Of a stretch of DNA of 64,000 bases, positions 43,001 to 51,959 are shown piece after piece. The stretch is from Nitrosopumilus sp. GTDB lineage: Archaea; Thermoproteota; Nitrososphaeria; Nitrososphaerales; Nitrosopumilaceae. Both the position numbers and the translations under genes were made by a program. Location: the NCBI GenBank assembly GCA_965207075.1, contig CBDBLO010000002.1, positions 1,056,001 through 1,120,000 of the forward strand. Direction: 5' to 3'. The notes beneath the pieces were generated by a model, which was not told the origin of the DNA, searched no databases, and saw only the letters and a list, made by a program, of their open reading frames with translations. Every line of letters begins with the position of its first letter. Within the stretch, counting starts at the first letter, position 1.

Positions 43001-44775
43001 TGGGCCCTGGCGGGGACTCGGGCTCCTTTGAGATAGTCAACAAGACCGTCCTGAAGCTCAGGACCGCCCCGGACGGCGGCACGCCAAAGGGATCCTACGC
43101 GGTGACCGTAACCTCCACCGGCGACTTTGGCACCGGCAACTCCCGCACGCTCGAAGTTACGCCGGAGGTTCGGGCGGTCGAGCCGCCGCCCCTGAACCAC
43201 ACCGCCGTGCTGGAGCCGCCCGACCCGCTCGGCCCCCGCGACATCGGCAGGATATCCCTGGCAAGCTTCCAGCCGGGGACAATCAACGCAACCTGGGTGG
43301 AGCCCCGGGGGGCGTCTGACAACCCTCCGGCCAACTACAGGATATCCTGGACCAAGGCCGGCGAGAGCTTCCTGCCCTGGACGGACCCGGCCGGCAACGC
43401 CTACCCGACCGAGCCCTCCTACGACATCACGGGCCTGGAAGAGGGCGGGCAGTACAAGGTGAAGGTGCGCGCCTCCTACTCCGGCAAGGCCGGGCCCTGG
43501 AGCGGCGATGTCGTGGTGGACGTTGCGAGATCCCCCGATGACCACCCGCCCGCCGCCTACGCCGGCCCTGACAGGGCCGTCCAAGAGGGCTCTGTCGTCC
43601 CCCTCAACGGCACCGCCTCCGACCCCGACGGCGACCCCATGACCTACAGCTGGTCCCACGACCACCCGACCTTGGAGATCGCCTTTGCCAACGCCACGTC
43701 CCCGACGACGACCTTCACTGCCCCGCAGGTCGCCGCCAACACCACCCTCACCCTCACCCTGACCGTCGACGACGGGGACCAGACGGCCTCTGACTCCGCC
43801 ACGGTAACAATCATCGACGCCACCTCCGAACGCCAGCGCGCCGCGCCCACCCCCGCCAACCCCGCCGATAACCGGATCATCCTGCTGCTGCCGCCGACGG
43901 TCAGTGTCGGCCCCGACCTAACCGTCGACGAGGGGTCGCCGGTGTCGCTGTCCGGCATCACCGTCCACGCCGGCGACCAGCCGACCTACCGGTGGACGCA
44001 CGACTCCTCCCTGGACATCGTCCTGAGAGGAGACGCCACCCCGGCCGCCGCGTTCACCGCCCCGTCCGTCGACTCGGACACCACCGTCACGTTCACCCTG
44101 ACCATAACCGACCAATACGGCGCCACCGCCGCCGACACGGTCGACGTCACCGTCCTGAACGTGCCCCCGGGCGACCCGCCGCCTGCCACGATCATCCTGC
44201 TGCCGCCGACGGTCAGTGTCGGCCCCGACCTAACCGTCGACGAGGGGTCGCCGGTGTCGCTGTCCGGCATCACGGTCCACGCCGGCGACCAGCCGACCTA
44301 CAGGTGGACGCACGACTCCGCCCTAGACATCGCCCTGACCGGCGACGCCACCCCGGCCGTCGCGTTCACCGCCCCGGCCGTCGACTCGGACACCACCATC
44401 GCGTTCACCCTGACCATAACCGACCAATACGGCGCCACCGCCGCCGACACGGTCGACGTCACCGTCCTGAACGTGCTCCCGGGCGACCCGCCGGCCGCCC
44501 CGGCCAACCTCAGGGCCACTGCCACTGACACCGCCGTCACGCTCATTTGGGACGACCCGGACGACGATACCATCACCGGCTACAAGGTGCTTTCCCGGAT
44601 GGCCCTGACGGAGTCGAAGCTCTACGTGCTGGTCGCCGACACCGGCTCGGCCGCCGCCACCTACACGGTGGACGGTCTCAATCCGGACACCATCTACGTC
44701 TTCAGGGTGGTGGCAGTCAACGGGCTCGGCGAGTCTGGCGTCTCAAACTTTGTCAGGCTGTCCACCCTGCAGTAG
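40042..44775 (+). CDS. 1577-aa modular surface protein: LVIVD-like repeats, PKD-like, FN3 and DUF285 repeats
   Basis: Signal-like N-terminus; GVQILDLTDPGNI repeats; ADAGPD modules; three FxGDLSGWxVSS repeats; terminal FN3. Confidence 0.9.
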   Translation: MTAKVLRTAVTAAALLAVAVLGMEQPYWHGLTWEADPSHPDTPAPGWHALAQVVQTLVLSPTDRITDTGSLELDGARGIAIFEIGERTYAAVAAYYDDGVQILDLTDPGNISATDQIDDTDSLELDGAADIDIFEIGERTYAAVAAYYDDGVQILDLTDPGNIRAAGQITDTIRLELYGARGIDTFEMDGRTYAVVAGHKDHGVQILNLTDPGNISATDQIDDTDSLELYGARGIATFEMGGRTYAAVSGLKEGGIQMLDLTDPGNAVAIGRITGDGVRDLVGPAEIATFKIGERIHAAVADNYGNSVQILDLSQPGKPEWSGQIGDTDSLELYHATGITTFKMGERTYAAAASWGDNGVQVLDLTDPDNIGAVGQITDTGSLELGGALDVAVFKTGGLTYAAVTGHDDDGVQIIGMAVDHLPAADAGPDQTVLEGAAVTLRATASGPDGDPLTYGWSHDHPTLNITLADPAALATTFTAPQVSSNTTVTFTFTATDPRNATASDAVTITILDAPAKEPPPSLNFTAVLEPTGTLGPRDIGRIALLSSQPGTINATWAEPRGASDDPPANYRISWTKAGESFLPWTDPAGNAYPTEPSYDITGLEDGEQYEVKVRASYSGRAGPWSGELAITVAGPAADNRPPTADAGPDRTVMEGDAVTLDAIAYDPDPGDTLTYGWSHDRPGLNITLADPAALATTFTAPQVSSDTALTLTLRITDGYDATASDAVTITVLDAPAGDPARAGHFVTTWRTTEPGESITIPVGGASGTYTVDWGDGTVSANVTGSQTHAYDAPGIHIVGISGDFARIYLNGQQPNANKLASIEQWGDVRWESMKSAFAGASNMVYRAADAPDLSGVTDMYRTFSGASSFDGDLSGWDVSSVTDMQQAFRQASSFDGDLSGWDVSSVTDMHRMFSGATSFNGDLSGWNVSSATDMQHMFDGADAFDQNLGNWYIVLDGLQVGEAGGTVGTISAQNAFLAAQEPTYGLGPGGDSGSFEIVNKTVLKLRTAPDGGTPKGSYAVTVTSTGDFGTGNSRTLEVTPEVRAVEPPPLNHTAVLEPPDPLGPRDIGRISLASFQPGTINATWVEPRGASDNPPANYRISWTKAGESFLPWTDPAGNAYPTEPSYDITGLEEGGQYKVKVRASYSGKAGPWSGDVVVDVARSPDDHPPAAYAGPDRAVQEGSVVPLNGTASDPDGDPMTYSWSHDHPTLEIAFANATSPTTTFTAPQVAANTTLTLTLTVDDGDQTASDSATVTIIDATSERQRAAPTPANPADNRIILLLPPTVSVGPDLTVDEGSPVSLSGITVHAGDQPTYRWTHDSSLDIVLRGDATPAAAFTAPSVDSDTTVTFTLTITDQYGATAADTVDVTVLNVPPGDPPPATIILLPPTVSVGPDLTVDEGSPVSLSGITVHAGDQPTYRWTHDSALDIALTGDATPAVAFTAPAVDSDTTIAFTLTITDQYGATAADTVDVTVLNVLPGDPPAAPANLRATATDTAVTLIWDDPDDDTITGYKVLSRMALTESKLYVLVADTGSAAATYTVDGLNPDTIYVFRVVAVNGLGESGVSNFVRLSTLQ

Positions 44776-44799
44776 GCCGCGCCCGGCGCGCCGCCTGTG

Positions 44800-45145
44800 C
44801 GCGGACGGCTTGCGGCAGGGGGCGCCAGCCCGTCCCGCCTCGCGGGTCTGCCGCGCGGGCGGCAGCGCTTGCGGCCGTCTGCGCCTTCCGTCTCGTCTCA
44901 TCTCCTCCATCTCCCCTCCTCTCCCCTCTTCATTCCAAAGAACTGGCGGACGGGGGCGCGCTGGGGTTTGCATAATACCTCGGGAGTTTTCCCGAGCGCT
45001 CACCGGCCCTGCCCCTCCGATCCATCGCTGCGCGCAGCTCCTCAATCTCTGAACCGGGGACCTCGTCCTCCTCTACTCCAGTGCGAGCACGCGCCGCTCC
45101 AACTGCCCCCTGCCGGCGCCCCCTGTCCACTTCACGCGGACGGCG
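44800..45145 (-). pseudogene. Decayed IS66 transposase 5' fragment
   Basis: Minus strand reads ...EIEELRAA...RYYANPSAPPSASSLE, homologous to KIEELLAA...KYYTNPDTPPSANSLE of 30491-31912. Confidence 0.8.
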
Positions 45146-45375
45146 GGATTCAAAACACGTGTGGTGACGCGTCCACTGACGAGCCGTTGCCCCCTGGCCA
45201 TCATCGGTAGTACGGCCAGAACGCGCAGGAAGACGGAGGGTGGCCACGCTCCTGACCGTCATAATGGCCGAAAGCAAGTCTTCCTCCTGCCGCCAAATGG
45301 ACTGTAGCATATTATGACGGAATACACCAACATGATCATAAAAATTGATATAATGGTCACGATAGATTGTGACAT

Positions 45376-45594
45376 ATGAGCAGCAGTGAAGAATCGGAAT
45401 TTGTATTGAAACTTCTGCAAAACAGGGGGAAGTATGCAGGCAAGTGGATCGCAGTCTTGGACTCTAAGGTTATCGCAGAAGGGGACAGACTCGAAGCGGT
45501 CTACAGGGATGCGACAAAGGTGGCAGACGGGCGGACTCCTCTGTTTGAACGAATCCCCTTGCGGCAGGAAGAGCGCGAGACGTTGATTCTATAA
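45376..45594 (+). CDS. DUF5678-like small protein
   Basis: KYAGKWIAVLDSKVIAEGDRLEAVY...PLFERIP; lower GC; TATA-like element ~25 nt upstream. Confidence 0.8.
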   Translation: MSSSEESEFVLKLLQNRGKYAGKWIAVLDSKVIAEGDRLEAVYRDATKVADGRTPLFERIPLRQEERETLIL

Positions 45595-45625
45595 CGTCAT
45601 ATTACAGCGGTACGTGAGGTGCGAC

Positions 45626-46159
45626 ATGTCTGCTGGCAGGCTTTATTTCAAATATGGGACAGATCGGTTGGGGAAGAAGAGCGATGATGGTGACAATGGC
45701 TGTGGCGCTGTAAGCGGGGCTGTGCCAGCCTCCAGGCCGCGTATAGATGTCATATTTAGAAAATTATCAAAACCCCCAGATCCATTGACAAATCCAGAAT
45801 TCAGGGCGCGCGCACTGGTAGATTCGGGGGCCGACATCTGTTTTATTCCAAAAGCCGTGGCAGATGTCCTGCGGCTTGACACCGATGAGAAGTCCAAAAA
45901 AGCCATCATCGGCGCAGGAGGAGTGTTCACCGCGTATAGGTCAAACATGCATCTGGAAATGTTGTACGAGAGGAAGCGTGTCCGCATTGGCATGGTAGAA
46001 GTTGCCTTCCCAGAAGACGATCCGCCCGGAGTTGAACCTGAGAGAAGTATCCTCATTGGCCGCAGCGGCCTGTTCACCCAGTACAAGGTAACGTTCAATG
46101 ACAGGCAGAAGATCATAGAGCTGGAAATGTTTGACGATGTAGCAGGATGCAGAACATAA
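45626..46159 (+). CDS. Retropepsin-like (clan AA) single-domain aspartic protease
   Basis: ALVDSGADICFIP catalytic motif, IIGAGG flap-like segment, ILIGRSGLF. Confidence 0.85.
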   Translation: MSAGRLYFKYGTDRLGKKSDDGDNGCGAVSGAVPASRPRIDVIFRKLSKPPDPLTNPEFRARALVDSGADICFIPKAVADVLRLDTDEKSKKAIIGAGGVFTAYRSNMHLEMLYERKRVRIGMVEVAFPEDDPPGVEPERSILIGRSGLFTQYKVTFNDRQKIIELEMFDDVAGCRT

Positions 46160-46222
46160 AAGACGGAAAGACTGTCGGAGGCATGACTCGGGAACTGCTT
46201 CCTTGAATATGAATAGAAAAAG

Positions 46223-46303
46223 TGGACCGGGTGGGATTCGGGCCCGCGACCTTGACTTGCGCAGCGTGGGTGCGGCATCCAAACCACGCTGGACGGCCGG
46301 TCC
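46223..46303 (-). pseudogene. Decayed tRNA-like sequence (Val-like, apparent anticodon CAC)
   Basis: Minus strand GGACCGG CC GTCC AGCGTGGTTT GGAT G CCGCA CCCACGC TGCGC AAGTCAAGGTC GCGGG CCCGAAT CCCAC CCGGTCC A: perfect 7-bp acceptor stem and recognisable D, anticodon and T arms, but invariant U positions read C. Confidence 0.7.
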
Positions 46304-46351
46304 GTTTTGGCTTGAGAATGCGCCGCTTTTTTGTCTATTGCCAGTTTGTTT

Positions 46352-46595
46352 GTATGAATTCGCATGGCCCTTGTACCGGCCGTCCTCTTCGTACGCGTTT
46401 CTGCCCCGCCTCCGCCACGCGGGAACGCGCGCGGCAAAGCCGGCCGGGCGCCCCATGGCCGGGCGCCCCCCGGTTTACCAAATCATCTTACGGAGCACCG
46501 CGATATGGCGCAGCGCCCTTCCGCCCGCGCTGTTCGCGGTGGGATCGACGCCGGGATGACCCCGGGAGCGCAAGCATGCGCAGCGCCTGCCGCCA
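46352..46595 (-). mobile_element. Decayed IS66 3' end with TIR
   Basis: Starts GTATGAATTCGCATGG and follows the reverse complement of ~31690-31931. Confidence 0.85.
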
Positions 46596-46812
46596 TCGCC
46601 GCCACAGCTTGCCAGACGCCCTGATCATACCGGGATCACACTTTTCTGTCACGGTACCAGTCCGTTACATACTGCGTCTTGTCTTTGGGTCCGGCACGCA
46701 CGGCCGTCTCCGCGGCATCGGGGCGCGTGGGGCCAGCCGCCATTATGGCGCACCGGCCGGGGGGTGGGGGTGGGGGAAGGACACGGTGGCAGGTTCGGGG
46801 ATTTCTGGCATC

Positions 46813-48093
46813 CTACGGCAGGGTGGACAGCCTTACAAAGTTGGACCGGCCAGACTCGCCGCCCTCGCCGAGTGCGATCACCCGGAACACGTAGATCGTC
46901 CCCGGATCGAGGCCGTCTACCACGTGCGACGTGTCCGTGGAATTTGTGTCTGCCACAAGCACCGAGAGTGTGTTCTGCGTCTGGGGCGTCCTTGAGAGGA
47001 TCTTGTAGCCGGTTACACCGTCTGCTGAGGGCTGCTCCCAGTCCAGGGTTATTGAGGTCCTGGCTGCCGTGGCAGCGAGGTTCTGCGGTGCTGCCGGCGG
47101 CTCTGGCGCGGACTCTGTGACAGATACCGTGGCCTGGCCGCTCCAGTCGCCTGCTGGCCCCCCGTACCTTGCGCGCACCTTCACGTTGTACTCTCCCTCC
47201 TCAAGACCTGTTATGGTGTGGGAGGGCTCGGCAGGATATGCGTTGCCTGTCAGGTCCGTCCACGTCTTGAAGGACTCGCCTGACTTGGCCCACATGATGC
47301 GGTAGTCGACGGGCTCTTCCGCGGGGACGTCCCAAGTCGCCAGCACGGTGCCCGGCCCCGTGTTCTCAAGTATAATGCCGGCTACGTCGCGCGGCCCTGA
47401 TGCGGCTGTCTGATTGCTTTCGAGATTGGTTGCAGACAGCGATTGAACTTCGACTGTGATTGTGACCGTATCATTTGAAACCGACTCTCCATATTCTATC
47501 ACCTCAAGCATGAATGTCAGGACGGCGTGGCCGTCAGGCGCTGTAAACGACGGCGACTCCCAGTCAGCGTTTCTCAGGTTTACTGTTTCACCCGTGAGTT
47601 GGCTCCAGGAATAAATCAGGTCGAAGCCGCGGGGATGCGTTGACGCGGAGCCGTCAAGCGTGACTTCGGCTCTAGGTTGGACTGTCTGGTTCTGCCCTGC
47701 ATTGGCTGTAGGCGGATGGTAAGGGACTCTGATTGTGACGGTATCAGTCGAGGTACGGCTTGCACCGTCCGTCACGGTGAGCATAAAGACGAGTGTTGTG
47801 GTTTCTGACGGCGCGGTGAAGGTGGGCTCCTCTGCCGCGGGGTCTAAAAGCGTTACGGTGATGCCGCCGGTCTGGTTCCACATGTACGACAGGTCGGTGC
47901 CAGTCGAGCCGCTGCCGTAAAGAGTGACTGCGGCGCCGGTGTACACCCCCTGATCCCATCCCGCGTAGGCTACCGGCGCCGGCTGGGGCGCATGGGTTGC
48001 GTGAGTCTCGGAGATGAATGGGGCTGACGCCAGGACCAAGAGTGACACTGACAGGGCGCACAGCAGGGACGTCTCTCTTATCGCGCGGGCCAT
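46813..48093 (-). CDS. Secreted/surface protein with 2 PKD-like and 2 FN3 domains
   Basis: Signal peptide; AYAGWDQ and ANAGQNQ modules; the KTWTD-type FN3; terminal FN3 ending SNFVRLSTLP. Confidence 0.85.
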   Translation of the reverse strand: MARAIRETSLLCALSVSLLVLASAPFISETHATHAPQPAPVAYAGWDQGVYTGAAVTLYGSGSTGTDLSYMWNQTGGITVTLLDPAAEEPTFTAPSETTTLVFMLTVTDGASRTSTDTVTIRVPYHPPTANAGQNQTVQPRAEVTLDGSASTHPRGFDLIYSWSQLTGETVNLRNADWESPSFTAPDGHAVLTFMLEVIEYGESVSNDTVTITVEVQSLSATNLESNQTAASGPRDVAGIILENTGPGTVLATWDVPAEEPVDYRIMWAKSGESFKTWTDLTGNAYPAEPSHTITGLEEGEYNVKVRARYGGPAGDWSGQATVSVTESAPEPPAAPQNLAATAARTSITLDWEQPSADGVTGYKILSRTPQTQNTLSVLVADTNSTDTSHVVDGLDPGTIYVFRVIALGEGGESGRSNFVRLSTLP

Positions 48094-48379
48094 GTCAGCG
48101 GCTCCCGGTCATGCAGACTGCAATTATCTGGTTGGTGGCAGCGGCAGTCTCTGCATCTGACCGTGCCGTCCGGTGAGCCATGTACATTAACTCTGATATA
48201 TTGGTAATTAAATGTGCCTTGGACGGTTCTGCTGCGAATTCGTACTATGAACGCGCAGGCGTGCGGTTCTGGAGGGTGTGTAGCACTTGATGCCCTGCCG
48301 ACACGTCATCCAGAGGACATTCTGCATGGCATGATCTGCCCCCGCGGGGAGATTTATACAACTACGCGGTAGAAACCAT

Positions 48380-49333
48380 GTGAACAAAACACACTATGCG
48401 GGATTTCTTGTAGTGGTGATTCTAACCGTGTCTGTACCCGCGGTTGCTTATGCATATGACCGTACAGTAGACGGGTTTCTCGAAGTGATGACCGATCTGT
48501 TTGCAGAGTACCTAAGAGGAGACGTATCAGAAGCCGAGATGGTGAGCTTGTTCAAAATGATGGAGTCAATCGGCTTTATCTCGTTTCCCTCCTTCGTAGA
48601 GGATGAGGGCGATTTCAAGGTGCGGTATGAATCTCCTACGGCCGCGGAATGGCAGGGATGGGAGGAGTGGATACGGGATGAGGGATCCTTTGAACGTGAA
48701 ACATCTTGGCTCAATGATAACTTCAAGTTGCCTGTGGACATCCATATCGTGGGGAAGTTGTGTGGCCAAATCAATGCGTGGTACGATCCTTCGAAGAACG
48801 AGATAGTCATGTGTTATGAGCTCTTTAATGAAGTGTACGGCAACTTCCTAGGGGTAGAAGATGATCCCGTGGAATCTATGCTGCATGTTATCGACTATGT
48901 ACTCTATCACGAGATGGGCCATGCACTGATTGACATGTATGATCTGCCGTACACTGGCTTGCAGGAGGACGCGGCAGATCAGTTTGCATTCTATATCATG
49001 ACCGAGATGACCAATGATGAACTTGGGTATGATACCTTGTACAGTACCGTGATACACTATTACATATGGAATGAGAAGTATGGCCACCTCGATTATCTTC
49101 AATATCATGATACGCATCAGTTCGGCAAACAACGTATGTACAATACTGCCTGTTTCATGTATGGAAGCGACCCTGAGACGCATCACGAGTGGCGTGGCAC
49201 AGAATGGTTGCCTGAGGATAGAGCGGTTCATTGTATACAAGAGTACGAGCATGGGATAAGATCTTGGGATAGACTGTTAGCTCCATATCTACACTACGAC
49301 CCTGAGACTTTTGAGCTGGATCTCACGAATTGA
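48380..49333 (+). CDS. Secreted DUF4344-type putative zinc metallopeptidase
   Basis: Signal peptide, CGQINAWYDP...MCYEL, HEMGH, EDAADQFA, QRMYNTACFMYGSDP; visibly lower GC than the flanks. Confidence 0.85.
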   Translation: MNKTHYAGFLVVVILTVSVPAVAYAYDRTVDGFLEVMTDLFAEYLRGDVSEAEMVSLFKMMESIGFISFPSFVEDEGDFKVRYESPTAAEWQGWEEWIRDEGSFERETSWLNDNFKLPVDIHIVGKLCGQINAWYDPSKNEIVMCYELFNEVYGNFLGVEDDPVESMLHVIDYVLYHEMGHALIDMYDLPYTGLQEDAADQFAFYIMTEMTNDELGYDTLYSTVIHYYIWNEKYGHLDYLQYHDTHQFGKQRMYNTACFMYGSDPETHHEWRGTEWLPEDRAVHCIQEYEHGIRSWDRLLAPYLHYDPETFELDLTN

Positions 49334-49499
49334 GAGCCTTTTTGACATGAAAAAGTAAACACCGCCCCTACTGTGCCAAATTTGTTTCCATTCGAGGCAC
49401 TGGTGCGAATTCGTGATGTGGATTACAAGCCGTCGGGTAAAACATCGGGCATAATCCTCAGCGGCAACCGCAGGCGGAGGGTAGTCAGTCCAACGCAGA

Positions 49500-50171
49500 T
49501 CAGAGGCCGCCGAAGTCAACGAAGTCAACGCCATCCGCCCACGCGTCAGGTGCATGGCCGTAATCGGACGCGGCCATGTACCCGATCACGGGCCCGGACA
49601 TGCCCATGGCCAGCATCAACGGCATGTACGCTTCATTGCCTGTAGAATTGTAGAACCCTGCAGGGTCGTTCTTGTACCTGTCATGCAACTTGGCGTATTC
49701 CGCCATGGCCTTTTGCCGCTCTGCCTCAAGCGCGGATACGCCCGCATCCGTCAAATCCCACATCTCGGGAGTGTCTTTTTCCTGCATGATTGCTGCTACA
49801 TCCTCAAAGTAGCGGCGGTCGTCCTTTGTTGCAGTATCTTTCACGTTGTCTGCGTATGCCTTGAACCGCGGTGACTTTCGAAATGCGTTAATTCGTTCCC
49901 TTTCGTCGAATGTCGGCTCCCTGTCAAGTTTGGCGACCAGTCCGTGGGCATACAGGCGGAGCATTGACCTCGTGAAACGCATCGTACCAACCTTCATCGG
50001 GGCTGCCATGTCTTCGCGGCGCATCATTTCAAGCGCCGCAAAGTCCCACGGTTCCAACGCGGCCGTTCTTGCCTGATTTAGCATGTCCTGCTGCCGTTCG
50101 GCGTCTGCGGTCAGCCACCCGGCATCGGCATCCGGCGGTTCTGACGGCCCGTAGAAAAGCGACTGGTGCAT
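49500..50171 (-). CDS. Hypothetical protein
   Basis: Open frame of 223 aa from MHQSLFYG with an AT-rich upstream element; the longer ORF-track start lies inside the IS. Confidence 0.6.
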   Translation of the reverse strand: MHQSLFYGPSEPPDADAGWLTADAERQQDMLNQARTAALEPWDFAALEMMRREDMAAPMKVGTMRFTRSMLRLYAHGLVAKLDREPTFDERERINAFRKSPRFKAYADNVKDTATKDDRRYFEDVAAIMQEKDTPEMWDLTDAGVSALEAERQKAMAEYAKLHDRYKNDPAGFYNSTGNEAYMPLMLAMGMSGPVIGYMAASDYGHAPDAWADGVDFVDFGGL

Positions 50172-50218
50172 GCTTATGAATAATAACGGCAGTTCATATC
50201 CGTTTAGGTCGAGGCGGC

Positions 50219-51865
50219 GTATGCACTCAGGTCGACATATCTCACGACACGAGCATATGTGAAGCGCCGTCTCAGCATGTCGCAGCGATGGCGGCGGCAT
50301 GAGGCGTTGTCGTTGTAGCCTGCATGGTCTGTTCTGGGCAGTCGGGCGGCTTGAATATGCGCCAGTCCGGATCCTCGATCATGCGCTCCACCGCCGCGCG
50401 CGGGAACATACCCACCTTTTGGCACGTGCGCGCGACGGACACCAGCACGGAGAACACCTGGCGCCCCTCCGGCTCGGACAGCTGGTGGCGCACGTTGCGG
50501 TGCAGCACGACCGTGTCGCGTATCTCCAGCTCGGCGGCGTTGTTGTGAGGGGGCATGCCCGGATGCCTCAGGAACGTGAACAGGTGCGGGGCGGCGTTCT
50601 CCAGCGTTTCGCGGAACCTGTGGCCCTCTTTGTAGCCTGACGCTATGCGCAGCACGGCCTTCTCCAGGCCCAGGCACTCTGCACCGGAGGCCGACTCGCG
50701 GTGTTTGATCCTCTTGTACATGGAGAGCAGCCTGCGGTAGCACGACAGGTCGTCCCCGCCGTTTCTCACGGCGTATTTCTCGGCCTCGCGCAGCAGGTGC
50801 ACCCAGCAGCGCTGCCTGACGGGAAGGATGCCGTACGCGACATACCCGTCAGTGACTGACGGCTTGCCGAGCAGGCCGCCAGTGCAGGTCCAGCACGGCC
50901 GCGGCCCTGCTCGGGGCTGCCACCACGTACGTGGCGTTCCCCGCCGTCGCCAGCCACGCGTACCCCCTTTTGCCGTTCATCTTGATGACCGACTCGTCAA
51001 ACTGCACGAACGCGGCGCCCGAGATCTCCTCCAGGATGCCGTCGTAGGCGGCCTTGAGCAGGTTCCTTATCGCCCTGCGCGCGTTCCAGACGGCGTTCGC
51101 TGACACCGAAAAGCCGTAGAGTGCCCCGAAATAGTACGCTATGGTCGCGTCGGTGGACCTCCTGGCGTAGTATTCGAGTATGAATCCCAGGGCCCCGGGG
51201 CCGAACGACGTGCCGGGCAGCAGCATGGGGGCCCGGGCGGTGCTGACCATATCGCACCTCTTGCACAGGCCGCGCTCGAGCACGTACGCGACGGTCTCGA
51301 TGCGCCTGCCGTCCCCGTCCGGAAAGTCGTTTGCGATCCTTGTGACGGGTGCCGCGTACGCGAGGCGCCCGCGCCCGCAGTTCTGGCACCGGCGCAGGCG
51401 CAGGCGCGTCCTCCTCGAGGGCCTGTTGCCGTGGGACGCGCCCTCGTGCCCCTCCGGAGGCCCCTGCGCCCGGCCGCCGCATGTCCCTCCGGTTCAGGTC
51501 CCCCCTCGCCCTTCTCCTCTGCCAGCCGCTTCCGGAATGCATCCCGCTCCGCATTGTACATGGAATCAGTGGAGGACGGCGCGTTCGGATTCTCGTATTT
51601 GGCCAGCCTCCTGTCCTGCTCTGCAATGGTTTCCATGAGCAGGTCTATCTGCTCTTCAAGGCCGGCCCTTGTCCTGTCACGCTCGGCCTTCACCTGGGCT
51701 ACTGCATCCTGCAGCCTCTTGATCTCCGCCGTCATCTTGGCCAGCTCGCCGCGCAGAAGCGCCATCTCGGACCTGCCCATGGGAATTCGTAAAGTATATG
51801 ATCTATAAACCCATTGTTTTGCCGAAATAATCGACAGGGTCACAGGCGTGAACCTGAATGCATAC
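50219..51865 (-). mobile_element. Second IS66-family element, 1647 bp, with target duplication
   Basis: TIRs GTATGCACTCAGGT (50219) and reverse complement GTATGCATTCAGGT (ends 51865); 8-bp duplication GAGGCGGC at 50211-50218 and 51866-51873. Confidence 0.92.
50272..51780 (-). pseudogene. Frameshifted IS66 transposase
   Basis: YENPNAPSS, QFDES, VTDGYVAY, QRCWVHLLRE and PHNNAAELEIR are spread over frames, with shifts near 51462 and 50881. Confidence 0.85.
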
Positions 51866-51959
51866 GAGGCGGCTGCAGGGGGATACTCTGGCATGTCGCG
51901 AATCCGCACCGGCACCCTTTGGACGGCCGGCAAGAGTCCCGCCCCTCACGGCATACAGG

